Assembly: GCA_038087875.1 (NCBI GenBank)
Contig: CM075997.1
Span: 5,768,001-5,832,000 of the forward strand
Length of the DNA stretch: 64,000 nt
Direction of reading: 5' to 3'
Source of the DNA: Malacoraja senta
Lineage: Eukaryota
Positions 52,083 to 63,908 of this stretch are shown here, piece by piece. A model generated the notes under the pieces. That model did not search any database, was not told where the DNA came from, and was given only the letters and a program-made list of their open reading frames with translations. A program made the translations under genes and the position numbers. Positions within the stretch are counted from its first letter, which is position 1. Each line of letters starts with the position of its first letter.

Positions 52083-52440
52083 TACAACATCTACAGCTCT
52101 GCCCCCATCAACCTTTTTGGTCACATCTTCAAAAAAGTCAATCAGGTTCGTGAGACATGACCTCCCACTCCCATCCCATGCTGACTATTCCTAATCAACC
52201 CTTGTCCATCTAAAAGCATGTAGACCCTATCCATTAGAATACTCTCTAGAAACTTTCCAACCATGGATGTGAGGCTCACTGGTCTATAGTTCCCTAGCTT
52301 TTCTCTGCAGCCCTTGAATAGAGGCACAACATTTGCCACTATCCAGACTTCTGACACTTCACCTGTATTTAATGACGATTCTGAAATATCTGCAATCTCC
52401 TCTCAAGCTTCTTCACCGTGTGCTCAGATACATTTGATCA
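52083..52440 (-). mobile_element. Internal CR1 RT fragment
   Basis: Minus [29 protein letters not shown]. Confidence 0.8.
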
Positions 52441-52525
52441 GGATGAAATGTTGATGAAATTTTTGTAATTTTAGAAATATTGTTTTAATTGTTCTTATTT
52501 TCTTATTGTTCTTATTTTATTTTAG

Positions 52526-52630
52526 ATTGTTCTACCACCTCATCTGGAACGTATACGAGAGAAATTAGCTGAAAACATACATGAGCTTTGGTCTATAACA
52601 AAGATCGAGATAGGTTGGACGTATGGCACA
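52526..52630 (+). CDS. RYR1: RYR1 exon (human exon 21 equivalent), RyR repeat 1
   Basis: [35 protein letters not shown], 105 nt. Confidence 0.97.
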
Positions 52631-53195
52631 GTAAGAAGTTTTAAAATTACATTGTCTCAAAATATGATCTAATTATGCAATGACATGTTGTTAATTCCCG
52701 ATGGAAATAAATTGAGTTTTATTTCTCTACATGATGAAAGTAAAAACTTTACATTTGTTGGTCATAAAGTTCTAGATAAAAATTGTTGGTCTAATTTGGG
52801 TTTTCATATCTGTAAGAAAATCGGTAATAAATGTTGCAGCTAATGGAGAATCCTTTACTTCTGATTTAAGTATTGCCAAAGTCAAGCATATTAATTAAAA
52901 ATTTTAAATGCTTCATGTAGGAGGTTCCAATGCAGTAAGTTTCTTGCTAAAATATAGAAATGTAACAGATCCTGGAACTAACCCAACCTCCATGGATTGA
53001 ACATAAATGCAACCTATGCATTTATGCTGTTCAGAAAACAAATGATCTGTTGAAGGAACTCAGTGTGTTGAGCAGCAAGTTTGGGGTGAAAGTATTCGTT
53101 GCTGTTTCAGGTTGAATTCCTGCACCAGAATGAACGGGCCTTTTTCTGTGCCAAATTACTCTATGACTAATCATTTTCTTTGTTTTTACAATTAG

Positions 53196-53299
53196 ATCCG
53201 AGATGACAACAAGAAACTGCACCCTTGTCTTGTTGAGTTTCATAGGTTACCTGAACCTGAGAGAAACTACAACTTGCAAATGTCTGGTGAAACTCTGAA
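53196..53299 (+). CDS. RYR1: RYR1 exon (human exon 22 equivalent)
   Basis: [34 protein letters not shown](K), 104 nt; [17 protein letters not shown] is the RYR1-type string. Confidence 0.97.
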
Positions 53300-53386
53300 G
53301 TAAGTACAATGCAATTTCTGTGGTGACATTGTTTTAATTTCACAGATATATCATTAACAACATCTTTTCTGAACATTTCTCCTCAG

Positions 53387-53470
53387 AACCCTCCTGGCAT
53401 TAGGGTGCCATGTTGGAATGGCTGATGAAAAGGCAGAAGAAAACCTAAAGAAAATAAAAATGGCCAAATC
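53387..53470 (+). CDS. RYR1: RYR1 exon (human exon 23 equivalent)
   Basis: [27 protein letters not shown](S), 84 nt after an 87-bp intron; [11 protein letters not shown] is RYR1-type. Confidence 0.97.
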
Positions 53471-53654
53471 GTAAGTTTTGCTTTTTTTATACAATTTGAA
53501 TGTTTATAACTTTTGAGTGAATTGAATGAAATGGGGAGAAGCAAGATATGCTCAGAGTTCATTAGGCAATTAATTGCAGTGTAGAAAACCTGTTGTAAAT
53601 GAATTGGTATTCTATTGGTATATTATTATCATGCATACTGAGATACTGAGATTC

Positions 53655-54637
53655 AATAGATTCAGGATCAGTTCTTGTGGATTGGAAGATAGCTAATGTT
53701 ATCCCACTTTTCAAGAAAGGAGCGAGAGAGAAAACGGGGAATTACAGACCAGTTAGCCTGACTTCGGTGGTGGGAAAGATGCTGGAGTCAATTATTAAAG
53801 AGGTAATAATGGGGCATTTGGATGGCAGTAAAAGGATTAGTCTGTCAGCATGGATTTATGAAAGGAAAATCATGCTTGACTAATCTTCTGGAATTTTTTG
53901 AGGATGTGACAAGTAAAATGGATGAAGCCTTTGATAAGGTCCCGCACGGGAGACTGGTGACTAAAATTAGAACACATGGTATTGGGGGTAGGGTGTTGAC
54001 TTGGATAGAAAATTGGTTGGCAGACAGGAAGCAAAGAATAGGAGTGAACGGGTCCTTTTCAGAATGGCAAGCAGTGGCGAGTGGAGTGCCGCAAGGCTCG
54101 GTGTTGGGGCCGCAACTGTTTACCATATATATTAATGATTTGGAAGAGGGAATTAGGAGCAACACTAGCAAGTTTGCGGATGACACAAAGCTGGGTGGCA
54201 GTGTGAACTGTGAAGAGGATGTTAGGAGGTTGCAGGGTGACCTGGACAGGTTGAGTGAGTGGGCAGATGCGTGGCGGATGCAGTATAATATAGATAAATG
54301 TGAGGTTATCCTCTTTGGAGGCAAAAACAAGGGGGCAGATTATTATCTCAATGGGGTTAGGTTAGGTAAGGGGGAGGTGCAACGAGACCTGGGTGTCCTT
54401 GTAGACCGGTCACTGAAAGTTGGCGTGCAGGTACAGCAGGCAGTGAAGAAAGTTAATGGAATGTTGGCCTTCATGACAAGAGGATTGCAGTATAGGAGTA
54501 GAGAGGTTCTTCTGCAGTTGTATAAGCCTCTGGTAAGACCACATCTGGAGTATTGTGTACAGTTTTGGCCTCCTAATTTGAGGAAGGACATCCTTGTGAT
54601 TGAGGCAGTGCAGCGTAGATTCACGAGATTGATCCCT
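53655..54637 (+). mobile_element. CR1 RT fragment
   Basis: ORFs 53677-53883 and 53822-54691: [41 protein letters not shown]; small internal deletion. Confidence 0.93.
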
Positions 54638-55078
54638 TCTTCTTGCATATTGTGTGGGGGAGGCGTTATGGGGAGGGGGGGAAATGACTGAGTGTAGGGA
54701 AAAGAAGAGGGAGTGAGAGGTGAGGGAGGGAGTGGGGGAGGGGAGGAGGAGAGGGGAAAGAAGAGAGGGTGAAGAGGAGAGGGAGGGAGTGCTGGGGGAT
54801 GAGGGGAAATGGAGGAGGATAATGGAGGTGGTGAGGGAGGGGTGAGGGGAGGAAGCAGAGGAGGGTAGGAGGAGGGTGGGGAGAGAGAGGATAATGGAGG
54901 AGGGGAATAGGGGACTGAAGAGGGAAAGTGAGATGCGTTCACATTGATCTTATATATTACAAGTTATTGCCATTTTAAACTTTAAAACGTCAGCCGCGTC
55001 TGCACAGTTGGGGGCTATGGGTGAGTGGTGGAACATAGCGTTGCAGGAACGGGTCCCAATGGGTCCCACTTGGTCTAG
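54638..55078 (+). mobile_element. Helitron-like 3' end with purine-rich body
   Basis: Ends GGGTCCCAATGGGTCCCACTTGGTCTAG followed by T, homologous to the terminus of the 9579 element. Confidence 0.6.
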
Positions 55079-55449
55079 TACCATTCTAATACTCAGTACT
55101 TAAAGTTACAGTTACCATTATATACACTTCAACAATGTGGTATTTCCACCTTGGAGAAAGCAAATGTAGATTGGGAGCACCTGTGTTCTTTCTGCAAAGT
55201 GATGCTGAATTTCCTGTTTCATGTTATGTCAGAGTGGGAGAATAATATGTACCACAATGTAAACTTGATGATGCACAATGTAAATTTAAGTAACCGGAAC
55301 TCATCTGGGCATTTTGCAGTTTTCCAGACTCCATATTAAAATTTTCAACTTCAGGTAACTGATTGTATCAGAATTGGCTAATATTGCTCACCCATATGTA
55401 AAATATTCTTAGTTCTATTTTCTCTACAAAAGTGCAGCCTGATCTGCTT

Positions 55450-56515
55450 GAAGGTAGATAACAATACTGGAGAAACGCAGCGGGTGCGGCAGCATCTATG
55501 GAGCGAAGGAATAGGTGATGTTTCGGGTCGAGACCCTTCTTCAGATTGAAGTGGAGGTGGGGGGCGGGAAGAAGAAAGGAAGAGGCGGAGACAGTGGGCT
55601 GAGGGAGAGCTGGGAAGAGGAGGAGAAAGAGGGAGAAAGCAAGGATTGCCTGAAATACCGCTGGAGTGTAAACTACTCAAGCGAAATATGAGGTGCTGCT
55701 CCTCCAATTTACGGTGGTGCTCACTCTGGCCATGGAGGAGGCCCAGGACAGAAAGGTCGGATTCGGAATGGGAGGGGGAGTTGAAGTGCTGAGCCACCGG
55801 GAGATCAGGTTGGTTATTGCGAACTGAGCGGAGGTGTTGGGCGAAGCGATTGCCAAGCCTTGTATTCCACCGATGTAGAGCAGCTGACACCTGGAACAGC
55901 GGATGCAATAGATGAAGTTGGAGGAGGTGGAGGTGAACCTCTGCCTCACCTGGAAAGACTGCTTAGGTCCTTGGATGGAGTCAAGGGGGGAGATAAAGTG
56001 ACAAGTGTAGCATTTCTTGCGGTTGCAAGGGAAAGTAGCAGGGGAGGGGGTGGTTTGGGTGAGAAGGGACGTATTGACCAGGGAGTTATGGAGGGAGCGG
56101 TCTCTGCGGAAAGCCGAAAGGGGAGGAGATGGGAAGATGTGGCCAGTGGTGGGTCCCGTTGGAGATGGCGAAAATGTCGGAGGATTATCTGTTGTATGTG
56201 ACGGCTGGTTGGGGGTGGAAGGTGAGGACAAGGGGGACTCTGCCCTTGTTACGAGTGGGGGGATGGGGAGTGAGAGCAGAGTTACGGGGTATGGAAGAGA
56301 CCCTGGTGAGAGCCTCATCTATAGTCAAGGAGGGGAACCCCCGTTCCCTAAAGAATGAGGACATCTCCGATGCCCTGGTTTGGAACATCTCACCTTGGGT
56401 GCAGATGCAGCGTAGATGGAGGAATTGTGAGTAGGGGATAGAGTTCTTACAGGAAGCAGGGTGGGAAGAAGTGTAATCCAGATAGCCATGGGAGTCAGTG
56501 GGTTTGTAGTAGATT
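55450..56515 (-). mobile_element. Penelope-like element 3' part (RT C-terminus, GIY-YIG, pLTR)
   Basis: Minus ORFs IYYKPTDSHGYLDYTSSHP..SIPYSQF, RVPLVLTFHP, IYCIRCSRCQLLYIG, RFAQHLRSV; hammerhead-like core on the minus strand at ~55517-55544. Confidence 0.9.
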
Positions 56516-56699
56516 GTAGTGGCCTGATGTGCATTTTGCAACTTTTATGTTCCTTTTGTTCACGTTCTAGTTCTCTAGCTATCCTCATTAATGTCATTAT
56601 CTACAGTCTATGTCCATTTGGCTAATCAGAGAGATCCACTGTGTCATTGATAGCTGTACCCTAACTCTCCACAACTTAAAACTAATTAGTTTTCTCTTG

Positions 56700-58287
56700 A
56701 GTAGTTCCTGAGGACTGGAGGGTAGCTAATGTAACCCCACTTTTTAAAAAGGGTGGGAGAGAGAAAACGGGGAATTACAGACCAGTTAGTCTAACATCGG
56801 TGGTGGGGAAAATTCTGGAGTCAGTTATTAAAGATGGGATAGCAGCACATTTGGAAAGTGGTGAGTTCATTGGACAAAGTCAGCATGGATTTATGAAAGG
56901 TAAATCATGTCTGACGAATCTTATAGAATTTTTCGAGGATGTAACTGGTAGAGTGGATAAGGGAGAACCAGTGGATGTGTTATATCTGGACTTTCAGAAG
57001 GCTTTCGACAAGGTCCCACATAAGAGATTAGCATACAAACTTAAAGCACATGGTATTGGGGGTTCAGTATTGATGTGGATAGAGAACTGGCTGGCAGACA
57101 GGAAGCAAAGAGTAGGAGTAAACGGGTCCTTTTCAGAATGGCAGGCAGTGACTAGTGGGGTACCGCAAGGCTCAGTGCTGGGACCCCAGCTATTTACAAT
57201 ATATATTAATGATCTGGATGAGGGAATTGAATGCAACATCTCCAAGTTTGCGGATGACACGAAGCTGGGGTACAGTGTTAGCTGTGAGGAGGATGCTAGG
57301 AGGCTGCAAGGTGACTTGGATAGGTTGGGTGTTGGCAAAGGCATGGCAGATGCAGTATAATGTGGATAAATGTGAGGTTATCCACTTTGGTGGCAAAAAC
57401 AGGAAAGTAGACTATTATCTGAATGGTGGCAGATTAGGAAAAGGGGAGATGCAACGAGACCTGGGTGTCATGGTACACCAGTCATTGAAAGTAGGCATGC
57501 AGGTGCAGCAGGCAGTGAAGAAAGCAAATGGTATGTTAGCATTCATAGCAAAAGGATTTGAGTATAAGAGCAGGGAGGTTCTACTGCAGTTGTACAGGGT
57601 CTTGGTGAGACCACACCTGGAGTATTGCGTACAGTTTTAGTCTCCTAATCTGAGGAAAGACATTCTTGCCATAGAGAGAGTACAGAGAAGGTTCACCAGA
57701 CTGATTCCTGGGATGGCAGGACTTTCATATGAGGAAAGACTGGATAGACTCGGCTTGTAGGGTCTGAAGAAGGGTTTCGGCCCGAAACGTTGCCTATTTC
57801 CTTCGCTCCATAGATGCTGCTGCACCCGCTGAGTTTCTCCAGCATTTTTGTGTACCTTCGGCTTGTACACGTTGGAATTCTGAAGACTGAGGGGGGATCT
57901 TATAGAGACTTACAAAATTCTTAAGGGGTTGGACAGGCTAGATGCAGGAAGATTATTCCCGATGTTGGGGAAGTCCAGAACTAGGGGTCACAGTTTAAGG
58001 ATAAGAGGGAAGACTTTTTGGACCGAGATGAGGAAATCATCTTTTACACAGAGAGTGGTGAATCTGTGGAATTCTCTGCCACAGAAGGTAGTTGAGGCCA
58101 GTTCATTGGCTATATTTAAGAGGGAGTTAGATGTGGCCCTTGTGGCTAAAGGGATCAGGGGGTATGGAGAGAAGGCAGGGATGGGATACTGAGTTGGATG
58201 ATCAGCCATGATCATATCAAATGGCGGTGCAGGCTCGAAGGGCCGAATGGCCTACTCCTGCACCTAGTTTCTATGTTTCTATGTTTC
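56700..58287 (+). mobile_element. CR1 (HER1-like), 5'-truncated, with a nested 98-bp element
   Basis: ORFs 56800-57360, 57155-57640 and 57929-58192 ([20 protein letters not shown]); (TTTCTATG)n tail. Confidence 0.94.
57760..57857 (+). mobile_element. 98-bp PLE-derived element beginning with a minimal hammerhead ribozyme motif
   Basis: 10-bp TSD TCGGCTTGTA at 57750-57759 and 57858-57867 inside CR1; GGGT-CTGAAGA-A-GGGT-TTCG-GCCC-GAAA-CG-TT-GCCT. Confidence 0.88.
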
Positions 58288-58444
58288 ACAGTTCCGGTAA
58301 GTCTTTAATTTGAAATGTTAATTTTACTGCTGCCTGAGTCTTTGAGTGGTCCCAACATTTTCTGTTTTATTTATTGCCTGTAAGATATTAAACTTTTGTT
58401 TTAGTTCAGTGTTTAATGACAATTCTAATATCCTTTGGCCACAG

Positions 58445-58604
58445 GTACCTTATGGCAAGCGGTTATAAACCTACTCCACTTGACCTTTCCCATATAAAAC
58501 TTACTCCAGCCCAGAATACTTTGGTGGACAAACTGGCTGAAAATGGTCACAATGTCTGGGCACGGGATCGCATCCGCCAAGGGTGGACTTTCAGTATTTT
58601 GCAG
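58445..58604 (+). CDS. RYR1: RYR1 exon (5' half of human exon 24), RyR repeat 2
   Basis: [53 protein letters not shown], 160 nt. Confidence 0.97.
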
Positions 58605-59027
58605 GTAAGCAGAAGAAAATGCATTTCAGTTTTTTACTTGGGAGTGCATAATAGATGATTGCATTTCAATTTACTTTGGATGTATTCTCATGTTTTCTGG
58701 TGACCCCCTCCCCTCCCGAATACCATGTATATTAACCTTGCTTTTTATTTTATCATATTAAGATGAAGAAATTGATAAGGCCTGTTTCATAACCTAATGA
58801 TGCCCCAAAGCACTCTACAGTAAAATTAGGACATTCGGTATATACAGCTCTGTTGTAACGGAGAAAACATTGCAGTTAATTTGTTCATAGCAAATTTTAC
58901 AAATTAACCAGATTAGCTCTCTTAGTTGATGAATAAATATTGGTCAGGACATTAGTGGATAACTATCAAGCTCTTCTTCATTTGGTACTGTGGGAGATTT
59001 TTTCATCTCTCTGAGAGAAGGAAGTTT

Positions 59028-59932
59028 TTTTTATGGCAATCTGTTCGATGACGTTAAGCTTGGCGGTGGTAAGGCCTTCAACATTGAGCTGCAGTAGCGC
59101 TAAACCTCGACAGTTGGCAGCATTTAACGGTGCCGCCTGGCCTGGGAAGGCATGGCTTTTAGCGGTCTGCAGATGTGGTAAAGACATTGGTTTCGCTTTG
59201 TGGGCTTATGAGCCTGTAAGCTACTCGTAGAGGAGGCCGCGTAAAGGCTGTCTTTGTCTCCTCCAAGAAGCCTCTCCTCACGCCAAGAAGCTGGATGCTG
59301 CTCTCAAGAGCACCCTGCGGACTGTCTCCGGATGCCTATGAGCCACCCCAGTAAACCAACCCGTCCTCGCTGGCATCGCCCCAGCCAACATCAGACGAGA
59401 AGCAGCCACGCTGGCCCTCTCTCGAAAGGCACAGACCAGTGAATCTCACCTCCTCCATCAGATCATCACAGAGACACCACGACAAGTGCGCCTCAAGTCA
59501 CGGCAACCCTTTGCCACGCAAGCCCAAGAGCTGCTCTGCACAACACCGGCTGACGCTTCTAAGGCTGCCTGGGTCAAGAAGAGATGGAGAGACCAGTGGA
59601 AGTCAGCGGAACCATCTAGGCTACACCATTACATCGATGACCTAATGGACGTCCCTGGCCAGGACCTGCCCCGAAAGCAGTGGACAACCCTCAACCGCTT
59701 GAGGACAGGCATCGGACGCTATGGAGTAGCGATGAAGAGGTGGGGCCTCGTGGACAGCGCCTCCTGCGAGTGTGGGGACCCAACACAGACAGTGGAGCAC
59801 ATAGTCACCAGTTGCCCCAAACACCGGCCACCGAATGGTGAATGAGGTCTGATTGACCTGGACGATGACACGTTGGCCTGGCTCGCCTCAACGGAGCTGC
59901 CGGTCTAAAAGACGTACGACAGAAGAAGAAGA
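59028..59932. mobile_element. I-group (Ingi/Vingi-like) LINE: inverted 5' end joined to 3' end
   Basis: 14-bp TSD AGAGAAGGAAGTTT (59014-59027 and 59933-59946); + ORF WTTLNRLRTGIGR..CECG..QTVEHIVTSCP and (GAA)n tail; minus ORF LLQLNVEGLT.AK (APE N-terminus). Confidence 0.8.
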
Positions 59933-60100
59933 AGAGAAGGAAGTTTATATGATCTGTCCTTAAATATTGCATCAAGGTGCCTGCTGGATTTTTTGCTCAA
60001 ATATTAGGAGTCGGATATAATATCAACTAGCAACTCAACCACAGCTAATACCATTAAACAAATGGTGAATTGGTAGATGAATTACTGGAAAGAATCAGAG

Positions 60101-60227
60101 TCTTCTTCTTTCGTGTGGCGTGCGCAGCCTAAAGTTGTTGAACAACTTGTTCTATTTGATCTTCCGTTTGTGCACGTCGAGTTGATTGCATTAGTCGAAA
60201 CAGGTGAAGGTTGCAATCTTCCACCCC
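60101..60227 (-). mobile_element. Short SINE-like element with (GAA)n tail and HDV-like ribozyme remnant at its 5' end
   Basis: Minus strand GGGGTGGAA-GATTGCA-ACCTTCAC-CTGTTTCGA-CTAA-TGCAATC...CACGAAAGAAGAAGA. Confidence 0.55.
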
Positions 60228-60255
60228 AGAAAGAGTAGAAATGCTTCAAAATCCT

Positions 60256-61165
60256 TTATTTATTTATTTATTTATTTATTTAATTAAAAAAAATTATTAG
60301 AAGTCATATACAGTAGTGTACACAATTCAGATGTAATATAATACATTTCATATACAACTTCTTGTTTTCAAATTTAATAATAATAATTTAAAAAAGTAAT
60401 AGAAGCAAAAAGAGAGAAAAAAAAGGTTAGGCAGAGTGGTGAAAGTGATAGTTCGTGAAAAATACAAGAAAAAGAGAGAGAAGAGAGAGAGGATAAAAAA
60501 CCAGAAAAGATAAACACAAAGAAAAATAAAAATAAAATAAAAGGGATATACCTGCTTCGTATCTTTGCGCACCCCTCACCCAGTTCTGAAAGTTTATTTC
60601 CAGGATTATGTTGCACCATATGCTTGTACTAAATCGATAAATGGAGACCAAATCTTTAAGAATTGGTCTGATTTGCCTGCTAGGACGAATCTCATATCTT
60701 CTAGGTGTAACAATTCAGACATGTTTGAAATCCACATTTTAAGCGTTGGTGTTGGTGCATTTTTCCAGAATTTTAATATATGTTTTTTTGCCGTTATTAA
60801 GCCATAGTTAAGGATCTCTTGGAACGAAGTCAGCTCAGGGCCGGGCTCCATTGTTCCAAAGATAATCAATTCTGCGTTAGGGTTCAATTTTGTTTTAAAT
60901 ACTTTTGTAAAAATCTCGAAGATTTCCTTCCAAAACTTCTGAAGTTTTATGCAAAAAACAAAAGAGTGTGCTATAGTTGCATCTTGAGATGAGCATTTAT
61001 CGCAGATGGGAGACACATTTGGGAATGTTTTATTCAGTTTAGTTTTTGAGTAATATAATCGGTGTAAAATTTTGAATTGAATTAAGATATGTCTTACATT
61101 TATCGAGCATTTATGTACATATAGCAAATATTTATCCCATCTGTCTTTCGAGATATTTATAGATG
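60256..61165 (-). mobile_element. L1/Tx1-clade LINE 3' fragment
   Basis: Minus ORF QFKILHRLYY..SPICDKC....ATIAHSFVFC.KLQKFW (C-terminal CCHC), T-rich 3' UTR, (AAAT)n tail. Confidence 0.85.
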
Positions 61166-61748
61166 CTTCAAAATTCTGAACAAATCCGTACATGTTTGCA
61201 TATTGATTCATTTGATGAAGTTGTTTTTTTGAAAATGGAAATAAAGTTTGACAATCTGAAAACACATTTAAAAAGTTGTATAATGATTGGATGGCTTTGG
61301 ATTGGGTGAGAAATAAAATGATTCCAATTATGGAGCACCAATCAACTTTGAACAAATGTACTCATGGATTTAACAGATGTTAACAGTACCATTCACCATC
61401 AAGATTTGTTTGGATCCTCTCAAGGTTTCAAATTTTAGTTCAATTTGTTTGATGAATGAATATTGACTAGGTTATTTAGAGATGGATTATCCAATCCTGG
61501 CATGAAAAAAAAAGCCAAGAGAGGCTTGATCCGTAAACTGTGTTTTACGAATACAATCTGTGGGTCTGCAGGAGCAGAAACATTTCCTGCAGATTTTGTA
61601 AGGAATTTGTGCCACCATCTCCTATGTTATTGATACTATGGGATTTTTTTTTTAACATTCCGATTAATTGCTAATTTTACCCTGACTCACTGTGATCGAC
61701 CCTGTTCTTCCTCACATTCGACAAACATCCATCTGCACAACTGTAACT

Positions 61749-62062
61749 GGCACAGTGATGCATCTAGTAGAGCTGTTGCTTCATAGCTCTGTAGACCAGG
61801 TTTGATTCTGACCCCAGGAGCTGTCTGTGTGAAGTTTGCATTTTCTCTGTATGATCGCTTGGGTTTCCTCTGACCGCTCCAATTTCTCCCACATCCCAAA
61901 GACGTACTGGTTTGTAGGTTAATTGGCTTCTGCAAATTGCTCCCAGTGTGTGGGGTGTGGATGTGAACGTGGGCTAACATAAGACTAGTGTGAATGGGTG
62001 ATCAATGGTCGCGTGGACTCAGTGGGCTGAAGGGCCTGTTTCCATGCTGCATCTATCAATCA
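61749..62062 (+). mobile_element. HE1-like V-SINE
   Basis: GGCACAGTG..GTAGAGCTG head, CCCACATCCCAAAGACG, GGGCCTGTTTCCATGCTG tail. Confidence 0.8.
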
Positions 62063-62480
62063 ATTATTTAATCTTTCAAATCCTCAGTTTTCTCTTTTTT
62101 GGTCTTGTCCCTTTTCACCATTCCCCAATCTGCATTTTACCCACCTCTACCCCATCATCAAATTCATTTATAGAACGTTCAAATCCTATCACAACTTGTA
62201 AAGATGAATCAGCCTGAGACCAATTATTGGTAAATAACAAAAAAGCCCTTCACCAGAACTGCAGCAGTTCAAGAAGGTGACATTATAAAGAGTAATTAGA
62301 AATGACCATTAAATGCAAGCTTTGCTGGCTTAGCCGTTGATTCATAGGAGAGAACAAAAATTATGCAAGGTAATAGGGCATGCAAAGGTTAGGAACCTCT
62401 GTTATCTAATGTATAAATCAATTCGAAATTCATATATAAGGGACTTTATTTTCAGAGATTTTTTTTGTGTGTTTTTGTAG

Positions 62481-62628
62481 GACATAATGAATAAGAGAAA
62501 TCCCCGCCTCGTACCATATAATCTCCTGGATGAACGCACAAAGACAACAAACCGAAACAGCTTGTGTGAGGCTGTCCGTACATTGATTGGTTACGGCTAC
62601 AACATTGAGCCACCAGATCAAGAAACCA
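62481..62628 (+). CDS. RYR1: RYR1 exon (3' half of human exon 24)
   Basis: [49 protein letters not shown], 148 nt, ag/gt. Confidence 0.96.
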
Positions 62629-63259
62629 GTATGTAACCATGGATTTTAAAACAGTTTTTCAGGGCTGCAATCCATCAAGCATAAATAATGAGTTGATAAT
62701 AACTGCAGTGATATGGGAAATATTTTATTACATTAATCAAACATAATGCATCAAAGGTTTGATAAGGTTTGTGATGTAGGCACTATGTTGTAACTGCATC
62801 ATCCGGAGTGCTGGCAGAGTTTGTGAGCAGCCATATCTGCTGAAACTGTGTATTGTACGAGCTGCTGAGTTAGCGTTATGTGAATTGTGAGTTGCTGAGC
62901 TCCAATTATAATTTGTCAATACTTGGACAGTTTGATCCAGGGAGCAGCTATACTCATTGGGTTAGATATGTGTTTATTTTTGTTCACTGGTCAGCTTTAG
63001 GAGGATGTAACTACAAGTTGAGCAGATGTGGAGACTGTAGACAATGTGGCAGAGATAGAAGAAATTATAATTGAGCGCAAAGAAATGGCTGATGCGTCAA
63101 ATAAATAATTTGAATTATTCTTCACTGAAGAAGATGCTAATAAATGTAACATTTTACATTGAGAAACTATTGTTAACGATTGTTCTGGAATGAAATTCAA
63201 GGGATTAAAGTAACAAACTCTACACATATGATAACCTACATCCGAGAAAGTAACTTCAT

Positions 63260-63456
63260 CAATCGCTTCGCCCAACACCTCCGCTCGGTTCGCAATAACC
63301 AACCTGATCTCCCGGTGGATCAACACTTCAACTCAACTTTACTTCAACTTCCACATCAGTCTGAAGAAGGGTCTCGACCCGAAACGTCGCCTATTTCCTT
63401 TGCTCCATAGATGCTGCCTCACCCGCTGAGTTTCTCCAGCATTTTTATCTACCTTC
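63260..63456 (+). mobile_element. Internally deleted PLE fragment with hammerhead core
   Basis: RFAQHLRSVRNNQPDLPV then CTGAAGAAGGGTCTCGACCCGAAACGTC at 63361-63388. Confidence 0.85.
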
Positions 63457-63834
63457 AGAAATGTGGAAGTATGATCTCTATGTAATGCGAGCGACACATC
63501 TCCTGACACCCAAAGTTTTTCCACCTGATTTTGAAATGTATCATTAGACCTAAATCTTGGAACTTTCCACCTCACGGCACTGTGGGAGTAGCTACACTGG
63601 AAGGACTAGGGTGGTTTAAGATAATGACTCGACAAAGTAGTTGAGACACGTACAATAACAACGTTTAAAAATCATTTGAACAGGTACTTGGATAGGAAAG
63701 GTTTAACGGGATATAGGCCAAACACGGGACAATAGGACCGGCTTAGATGGAATCTATTGTTAGGAATGTGACAACAGGCTATTTTGAGGATCATAATTAA
63801 CTTGGGCAGTGTCAAAATTGAGCTTGTTACATAA

Positions 63835-63908
63835 AGTCATTATGCATCAGCTAGAGTGGTGGCCACATGAAGTGGGGTCCGCCTTTCTGTATTTGTCATG
63901 TTACGACA
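63835..63908 (+). pseudogene. Decayed processed RYR mRNA fragment spanning the exon 9/exon 10 junction
   Basis: 63 of 74 nt identical to 17425-17440 joined to 20474-20531; TGG changed to a TAG stop. Confidence 0.8.

Noticed and set aside
54343..54942. 199-aa Pro/Ser-rich minus-strand ORF
   Set aside because: Purine-rich low-complexity DNA joined to antisense CR1.
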